A stretch of DNA of 47,435 nt. Source: Chiloscyllium plagiosum. Taxonomy: Eukaryota. A program made the position numbers and the translations under genes. The notes beneath the pieces were generated by a model. The model did not search any database and was not told where the DNA came from. It saw only the letters and a list, made by a program, of their open reading frames with translations. Positions 39,561 to 47,435 of this stretch are shown here, piece after piece; position 1 is the stretch's first letter, and each line of letters begins with the position of its first letter. The stretch covers positions 41,809,674-41,857,108 of the forward strand of contig NC_057719.1 in NCBI RefSeq assembly GCF_004010195.1. The letters are read 5' to 3'.

Positions 39561-42500
39561 TTCATAATTATTACAGAGACACACATCTCAAATTCATTTT
39601 ATTTAACTGAACCCACTGCAATATATTTCAGCCAAACAGGGAGCACGTGAGGGGCAGGATTGAGGCACAGGAGATAGAGCCAGAAGCTACATAAATGAAG
39701 ACAGAAACAGACTTGGCAGTGCCATTCTTCCCCAATGTACCTCTGGACTAGAGGGTGTCAGGACAGATAGGGAGATTCTCTTCTGCACAAACAAAGGAAA
39801 AAAAAGCCTGTTTCCAAAAATAAACATGTGTAGCTGAAAATGATGGAAGAGTTTGGGAGAAAGACTGTAGTTAGAAAGTGCTTTGGCAGATAGTGTGGAA
39901 GAGGTTTAAGGCATAGCACTTCAACAGTCTTAATGTTTGCGCTAGCCCAACCATCACACTCTACCTCTCATTCTTCCTTCTTAAATCTTCAGCTGCACAT
40001 CACTCCTCATGCTAACAGACTTTCAGGAGTAATTGCCCTTTCTATGTGTAGGTACTTCCTCACATCCCCTTTAACAAACTATCAGTGACACTCAGCCTCA
40101 TCTCAATACAATGTCACATCAACCCTTCACAGTGATCCTCCACAAATGCTGCCCTTCTATCCTCCCAAATCATCAATTTCTCACGCTCAGACATCTCTTC
40201 CTTCTCTTTTTGCATGTGACAAGCGCAGAGACCACCAGGAGGAACAGAAAACCAAAGGTAGCCCTTCAGCCACCTCCACTTTCATGACCACAGAAGAGAA
40301 AGTGCAGGAGATGGCCAATCTCATTATGCCTAGCTATGGGAGTAAGAAACAATCAACTGGTAGCATACCATATCACATGGTTTATAACACTTATTCATGT
40401 AGATTTGATATCAGACGCTAAAGCTGATAAGTGTGTCATGATAGCTGAGTAACCGATTACCTTGTTAGTTCTAATTCATGTGTTTCATCTAGGTGTCTAA
40501 TGTGCAATATATGATATGACCATTGACATAAATATCAAGCTTACAGAAATGTAAAATCTGGCTGCCCAAGGAAGACTTCAGCCTTTTCTTCTGTTGCTCT
40601 CCCTCAGTAATTTTTTGTATGGATAACTGGGTGATATCTTGCTTTTCAAAAATTGTGTCACAAATTTGCACATTTTATGACAGATAAAGATTTGCTTTTA
40701 ATTACTGGGTACAGTCTGTGCCTGTGAGGTTTCTTTATTTCACCACACTGATGAGGACCTCTAATGCCTGGTAGCTATCCTACCCATTGTATTGGTTTAT
40801 CATGTATGTTGTTTATAGTTTTGTACTTTAGTAAATAAAGGGATTCTGATAATCTCCTGTGCCATGGTTGATTTTCCCTTAGGATTGATCTATGCTGCTT
40901 CTAGACTTCTAGAATGAATCCATTTCAATATTCCTAATACTCATTTTCCAAAGGTTGCCAACTTTCTTGTTGCAGCACGTCTCCTATTAGCTCTGAAATG
41001 CTTTACCATTGTTGGAACATTCTTCACAAGGCTACAAGGGTTTCTTTTGAAGGATTCCAAAACCTTCTGGTCTTCCCTGCCATCAGCTGCTCTGTATAAG
41101 CAGGTGACTTAAAGCTGAGTGCGAAGGTTTCATATCACCATTCACCATGTAGTGTGAGCAAATGAAATCCACACTGTTGCTCACCACCTTGAACAAGCAG
41201 TCAAATTATATTCATGCAAATACTTACCATGTTGAATGGACATGCCAACACACCATGTTGTATTGACCTCCGCACATTGTAAAGATTGCAGCCCCTCTAA
41301 GTGTTGAAAATTACAGAGCCTACTTTGTCTAATATGATAGAGGCAAACTACTTCCTGGTCTATCTAGGAGAATCCCTTATAGTTAACAAAATATAATTTA
41401 TTGCCTGTAAGCAACTAGTTGCACATTACATTGATATGATACACGTTGTAATGGGAACTTTGAGGATGATCATATGTTAACTCTTACTCCTTGCAAATCT
41501 GAAGCTGTTCTACCCATGAGCCCATAAACATAATCAAGGTTATATTTCAGGCACTCCTCAGTATTTCAATCTACTTATGATCTTTCAGACTCATATGCAA
41601 CACATGCCTTAATCAGGTCATCTCAGGCAGCAATATGCATTGTTACTTGTAATTGCCTCAGATTACCTCACCAGACATAGTTACTTCAACATATCACTCC
41701 ATCTCCTCATCCTCATGCTCTTCCTAATCTTCTGAAGAGGCAAAGCACTTAGCACTTTCTTCAGCCCAGATCTACAACCTTCACATTTGCACTGTGTTGT
41801 GCATGGTGCAGGAACCATTACCATTCTGTATATCCTGGGTGAAGCAAGATTTATCCATTCAGTGCATCTTCAGTCTGCCAATTAGGGATGGTCAGCAATG
41901 GCTGACTCTGCCATCGATGCCCAAATTCCAGAAAGGAATAAATCAGAACTGCTTCCTCTGTCACAGCTGTCATTAGCTTTTGTTGCTTGTTTAGTGGGAC
42001 ATCACTGTCTGGGCTCTTCAAAATATCCTCAATCTTGTATGAAAAGATAAACTCATCTTTGAGGCACAATGTACTATCTCTGCTTCAAGTTGTGAATTTC
42101 TCAGACCGGCTTAACTGGGTGGGGATGAAAACATAGAAGTGGGAATATCACGCTCCCTGTGAAATTTGCACAAAAGGCATGTTTTTTTTTGTTGATTGCA
42201 GGCAAACTGAATGCCATATATTCTTATGAAAGATTCAAATCTATGTGACCAAACCTTTAGACAAACAGTAAGGAGTTGAGCCGGACACTAGTAATATTAC
42301 TGAAGGGGTGAATTACATGGCAGTTCTTGGGAATTACTCCATAGAATCTTACAGATGCCTGAATAACACGGGCAATGCTGAGATTTGTAGCAGAATCGCA
42401 TGAGAAATCCAATGAGGCTTATCTTGATATTCGAAGCAACTAGATACATTTTTTATACATCTGCAAGGAATTGAGGTGAGTATCCCAGAAGGCAGCAGTG

Positions 42501-42799
42501 AGCTGCTACTCAAAGAGGATTATTGCTTGTTAAATACCTTTGATTTGCACAACTTCTTATCTTACCGAATGCAATTTTGATAAATCGTCGCACGGAAAAC
42601 AGAATGGGGACCTAGCGAATTCAGCTTAACACTGGCTGCGGTCAGCCTCCATCTTGCTCAGCACCAAATATGATCCATAAACACCAGCCCTCACCCAGGG
42701 ACATTGGCATCCACATTTGCCAACTCTTCAAGATCCTCATGGCACCTCTCCAATCCACTTGCAGAGTGCTAAAGAAGCATAGAGTGTAAAACAAGTATT

Positions 42800-43250
42800 T
42801 GACAAATTGTGTTCTGTTCCGGGCACCTTACTTAAGGAAGGGTGCTAGAGCTCTGAAGAAAGTGCAGAGGAGATTTACTAGGATTATACCAGGAATGAGA
42901 GATTTAAATACAAGGAAAAAATAGAGAAAATTTGCTTTTCTCCTTGGAGCAGAGAAGATTAAGATGTGACCTTAATAAGGTACTCAAAATAATGACCAAT
43001 TTTGACAGGCTGAAGAATGATATTCTGCTTCTGCTCGTTGGTATGTCAGTAACTAGGGTTCACAATTTCAAGATTGTCAGCAAGAAAGCTAGGAGTGATA
43101 TGAGGTGAATCTTCAGGTTGTACACTGTACTGCTTGGGAGAATGGTGGAGGCAGATTCCAATCAAGTTTCAAATGGGAGCTAGATGTATATTTGAAAGTG
43201 ATGAATTTAGAAGGTTACAGAGATAGGGCCGGAGAATGGGACTGTATTTC
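42800..43250 (+). mobile_element. Old CR1 LINE 3' fragment
   Basis: ctgaagaaagtgcagaggagatttactagg.ttataccaggaatg...ttctccttggagcagagaagattaagatgtgacctt (VQRRFTR.IPGM; FSLEQRRLR.DL). Confidence 0.75.
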
Positions 43251-43860
43251 AGAGCTGCTCACTTGCTTTCTTAATGTGCGGTCACTCAGTGTGACTGTTG
43301 GTGTGTTGGTGCTTCAGCCAGAACGTAAAGGCTATCAGTGAAATGGCACAGCCATATTGACTGCTCTCTTATCCAGACACATAGACAGGCTGCTCATCAA
43401 TAGGGATCTCTCTGGGGTGGACATCAGAGACATGTGCCACACACTGCATGTTTATTCATCTAAATGGCCATGTCAGAAAATAGTTGGGGACAAGTCCTCA
43501 GTCAAATCAAGGGTGGGAGGGATAGTGGGGCTCCAGTCAGTCAAGGAGTGCTGGTATCTTCAAGTCCCACACCCACATCATTCAGGGGTTTGGTCACTGT
43601 CTATCATCCACTCAGGCCAGTCACAGTCAGGGGGTTATGTCTGATTACAGTCCAGAGAGTGGGTAACAGACAGTCTAGAGAGTGGGTAACAGACAGTCTT
43701 GTCGGGCCCTCAGAGCAGTCAGGAGAATCATCTGTCATTTAGTCAGGGAGCTTGAAAGATAATGGATAGGGACAATGGATCAAGTCTCTATTCATTTTGT
43801 TTGTGTTCGCTTTTGCTGGCTGTTAGGATTTATCCGATTGCTTGCCTGCTCCCCTATTGG

Positions 43861-44057
43861 TTTGAGAGAAGAAAAGCTCCAGATGCTGGAATCCAAGGTG
43901 GACAAGCAGAAGGCTGGAAGAACACAGCAAGCCAGGCAGCGTCAGGAGGTGGAAAAATCAACATTTTGTATGAAGAAGGGTTACACCAGAAACGTTGACT
44001 ACTTCAACTGATGTTGCCCAGCTTGCTGTGCTCTTCCAGCCTCCTGCTTGTCTACCT
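43861..44057. mobile_element. Fold-back mini-element of inverted PLE-like termini (third subfamily)
   Basis: caaggtggacaagcagaaggctggaagaacacagcaagc pairs with gcttgctgtgctcttccagcctcctgcttgtctaccttg. Central degenerate tgaaga-a-ggg..cca-gaaa-cgtt. Flanked by a 14-bp direct repeat TGCT(C/T)CCCTATTGG at 43847-43860 and 44058-44071. Confidence 0.75.
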
Positions 44058-44338
44058 TGCTTCCCTATTGGATAATAACAAGCTGTACCCCTTCAGTGGA
44101 CATTTGAGATAGAGTAGTGGTGTTTAGACACGGATGTGGTTAAGGACAGGTAAACGGGGTGGCCTGGTGTTAAACAGTGACTAGGCTGAAAGAATAGGGT
44201 TGCATATGTGAGTGAGTAGCAGTCAGGCCAGCTTTGTTCTGTGAGCAGCAAGGCTTTGTGGCTTCTGTGTTACTACATTGCTGGTGATGGACAATTACTT
44301 GGGTTGTCAGTTATAAGAGTTAAATCGGGATTTATATG

Positions 44339-44771
44339 TGTTAGAAACGAAAATCGCTTCTCAATAATCGCTCTAGACAAATTCAGGAAAACAAAGTTTT
44401 ATTAACAAGTCTGCAGAGTTGGGCACCCTTAAAAAAAAAGGCGCGCCAGGCTAACAATGTGTCTGATTAAATACAGTACAAGTCCCTCCCCTCTATAGCT
44501 CTAAAGAGTCATGAGGTTCACATTCTCACAAAGTCTGCAACAGTTTCCCGAGTTGTTTTTCTACCCTGTAGTCTTATCAGTCAAGGACTTATTCTTCTCT
44601 GTCAGAGTTAGTGGTCTTATCAATCAAGGACTTGTTTTTCTACTCTGTAGCAGCAGATGTCTCGTCCTTTATTATAGAGAAGCATGTTTTACCCTACCCC
44701 CACGGCTCTATTCCCCTTAGACTCTGAGGTCATGCACATCTTAACTATTTGTACCGAAATCGTCTCTCACA
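44339..44771 (-). mobile_element. Solo LTR (433 bp)
   Basis: TG...CA ends with an imperfect 12-bp inverted repeat (TGTTAGAAACGA / TCGTCTCTCACA), perfect 5-bp flanking duplication ATATG (44334-44338, 44772-44776), minus-strand AATAAA at 44398-44403, and internal ~19-20 bp direct repeats. Confidence 0.8.
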
Positions 44772-45809
44772 ATATGTTCACAGTTAAAGCAAAGGAGCAG
44801 AATTCTCCAGCCATACCTTGTACACCATAAAGAAGGAGATCAACAGAATTCTCCAGAAAGACATTGGGAATGACAAAAGATGAACTGGTTAGGAAACCTA
44901 AGGTGGGGATGATGATAAACAGGTAAGGGTGAAGCAAACAGTTGCAGTGATGGAGCCAGGCTGGGATAGGATAAAAAAGTCCTGAGCGTGTTAGTAAAGA
45001 TTGTACCTGGAACTGGAGAATCTGCTTTTCATATGAATATGCAAAGACAAGATTAGAATTTGAGTAGTAAAGCAGATAGGGGAAATTTTAAAAAAATTGT
45101 GTTTTTGTATTCAGTAGAGTTTTGGCCTGGCTAATCTAGGACGGACTCTCCTTAAATTTGGCTCTGTAAATGATTGTTAACTTGCACGAGAGTATGCTGC
45201 AGATAATTGTTGGAAGTAACCACAACATCAACTCTTGTCCGGGTGCATGGTAGCTCTTTAAAGATGGCGTGGTTGCAAGGGATGCTGGTCTTTTCACTAA
45301 TATCTGCTCAGTGGCAAGTTGTTCTAGGAACAGGTTTTGGTGAGATTTGGTTAGAATCAGATGAAAGGAATTCTGTAAGGGAGGGACAAATAGTGAATAG
45401 GGTGAGTGTGGTAAGATACAGTGAGAAATCTCGTCTGGCCTTGAAGTGAAAACCCTCCAAAAAACTAGATGTCACTGGCATTTAGCCAAGAAAAAGTAAG
45501 ATTCAGAAAAATCTCAGTGGTTCAGAAGCCAGCAGGGAATTGCTATTCCAGGCTGTCTATTTCAGGTGGCTTAAATAAGAAAAGAGCAATTATGAATGAA
45601 AAGATGGTCTCAAGATGGCGGCAGAATAGGATGCTCCAGTCAGTGCTCCTGTGCTTTGCTAGTTCCTTTTCCTTTCTCTTTCTTCTTCTCTTCACCTTTC
45701 TGCAGTTTTGCTTCTCCATCCCATTCATAATTTTAACTTTATAAACTTACTCAGAGCAAATGGAGACGGGTCTAAATCCAACCCGGAGACCATGCTGTGC
45801 TGGAGGCAA

Positions 45810-46090
45810 GTCCTGGAGGTGAGTCATAGGCCAGAGCCTGGAGCGGGAGGCAGCCTGAATCCAGGTCTGCCTGAGAGACGAGTCCCGGAGGCGGGTCCCA
45901 GAGGTGAGCCGTGGGCCAGAGCACGCAGCGGGAGGAAGCCTGAGTCCAGGCTGGCCTAGGAGAGGGGTCCTGGAGGTGAGGCCCGGAGGTGTGTCCTGGA
46001 GGTGAGTTGTGGGCCGGAGCACGCAGCGGGAGGGAGAAAGCCTGAGTCCAGGCTGGCCTGGGAGATGAGTCCCGGAGGCGGGTCCTGGAT
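45810..46090 (+). repeat. GC-rich tandem repeat, about 3 units of 85-100 bp, inside a probable non-coding repeat element (~45611-46310)
   Basis: The unit gaggtgag....ggcc.gagc.cg.agcgggagg.agcctga.tccagg.t.gcct.....gagtcc.ggaggcgggtcc recurs near 45816, 45901 and 45998. The element begins with the YY1-like CAAGATGGCGG at 45611. Confidence 0.75.
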
Positions 46091-46311
46091 CATGGTCGCG
46101 GAGGCATGTCCCGGGCCAGAGGCCAGCACATAGAGGCAGCAAGGCCTGGAATTCTGCAGCCCAGCGGGCATGGACTCAGCAAAAAGTCTACAATTTGAGT
46201 ACTTTTTAAAGATACTTCCTTTACTTATAATACTTTTATTCCTTTTCTGAACTTTAAGTAATTTGAGTAATTTTAAAAACTTTATATTGCTATGCTAATG
46301 TTTTTTGTTTA

Positions 46312-47130
46312 TAGAGTCATAGAGACATAGAGATGTACAGCATGGAAACAGACCCTTCAGTCCAACTCGTCCATGCCAACCAGATATCCCAACCCAATCT
46401 AGTCCCACCTACCAGTACCTGGCCCATATCCCTCCAAACCCTTCCTATTCACATACTCATCCAGATGCCTTTTAAATGTTGCAATTGTAATAGCCTCCAC
46501 CACTTCCATAGACATACCACCCTCTGCATGAAGAAGTTGCCCCTTAGGTCTCTTTTATACCTTTCCACTCTCACCCTAAACCTATGACCTTGAGTTCTGG
46601 ACTCCCCCACCCCAGGGAAAAGACTTTGTCTATTTATCCTTACAATTGTACTAGCCTCTATCACTTCCTCTGGCAGCTCATTCCATACACGTACCACTCT
46701 CTGCGTGAAAAAGTTGCCTCTTCGGTCTCTTGTATATCTTACCACTCTCACCCTAAACCGATGCCCTCTAGTTCTGGACTCCCCCACCCCATGGAAAAAA
46801 ACTTGTCTATTTATCCTATCTATGCCCCTCATGATTTTATAAACCTCTATAGGGTCACCCCTCAGCCTCCGATGCTCCAGGGAAAACAGCCCTAGCCTAT
46901 TCAACCTCTTCCTATAGCTCATATCCTCCAACCACAGCAACATCATTGTAAATCTTGTCTGAACCCTTTCAAGTTCCACAACATCTTTCCAATAGGAAAG
47001 AGACCAGTTTTGCATGCAATACTTCAACAGTGGCCTAACCAATATCCCGTACAGACGCAACATGACCTCCCAACTCCTGTGCTCAAGTCTCAGACCAATA
47101 AAGGAAAACATACCAAACACTTTCTTCACT
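46312..47130 (-). mobile_element. CR1 LINE 3' portion with an internal duplicated segment
   Basis: LVRPLLKYCMQNWS...RRLRGDPIEVYKIMRG...; the segment RINRQ..F.GVGESRT.GHRFRVRV..Y.RD.RGNFF.QRVV occurs twice. Confidence 0.92.
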
Positions 47131-47435
47131 AAGCCCTCCGTTTTTTCCTCTCCAGACGTTCCCAACAGTACCCCTCCACCGACACTCTCATTCGTTTGGC
47201 CGAACTGGTCCTCACCCTTAACAATTTCTCCTTTGAATCCTCCCACTTCCTCCAGACCAAAGGGGTAGCCATGGGCACACGTATGGGCCCCAGCTATGCC
47301 TGTCTCTTTGTTGGCTACGTAGAGCAGTTGATCTTCCGTAAATACACCAGCACCACTCCCCACCTCTTCCTCCGCTACATTGATGACTGCATTGGCGCCA
47401 CCTCGTGCTCCCGCAAGGAGGTTGAGCAATTCATC
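47131..47435 (+). mobile_element. Penelope-like element reverse transcriptase core (5'-truncated, runs off the window)
   Basis: Open frame from 47133: ALRFFLSRRSQQYPSTDTLIRLAELVLTLNNFSFESSHFLQTKGVAMGTRMGPSYACLFVGYVEQLIFRKYTSTTPHLFLRYIDDCIG, with the PLE-type Q..G.AMG....P..A and RYIDD motifs. Confidence 0.93.

Noticed and set aside
38710..39586. Long ORFs of 190-266 aa
   Set aside because: They are mostly N-gap translation (38917-39424); only the PLE RT fragment at the edge is real.
45810..46090. Regularly recurring repeats that might suggest a CRISPR-like array
   Set aside because: Units are contiguous degenerate tandem copies without unique spacers, in eukaryotic DNA with no cas genes.
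46449..47429. 326-aa minus-strand ORF, the longest in the track
   Set aside because: Chimeric artefact: antisense read-through of the PLE RT into CR1 ORF2 fragments, not a gene.

Overview
Repeat-rich vertebrate genomic DNA, almost certainly from a shark (cartilaginous fish), judged from HE1/V-SINE-type tRNA SINEs with (TCTAA)n tails, CR1 LINEs and Penelope-like elements (PLEs). The one clearly identifiable gene is TMEM179 on the minus strand: 4 coding exons (29135-28834, 24981-24844, 24594-24516, 11290-11111), all GT-AG and phase-compatible, giving 232 aa. An unidentified minus-strand gene may end about 6.5 kb upstream of it (terminal exon 35925-35758 with AATAAA). The rest is mostly transposon debris: CR1, SINEs, PLEs, Harbinger remnants, a Tigger-type MITE and a solo LTR. 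The most interesting signal is a set of minimal hammerhead-ribozyme motifs in PLE termini. These termini also form several fold-back insertions bounded by 10-17 bp direct repeats, from ~200 bp mini-elements to a 2.1 kb element right next to a TMEM179 splice donor and one composite that encloses a full SINE. No prokaryotic-type system (CRISPR, operon) is present. All calls come from reading the sequence; no database searches were run.
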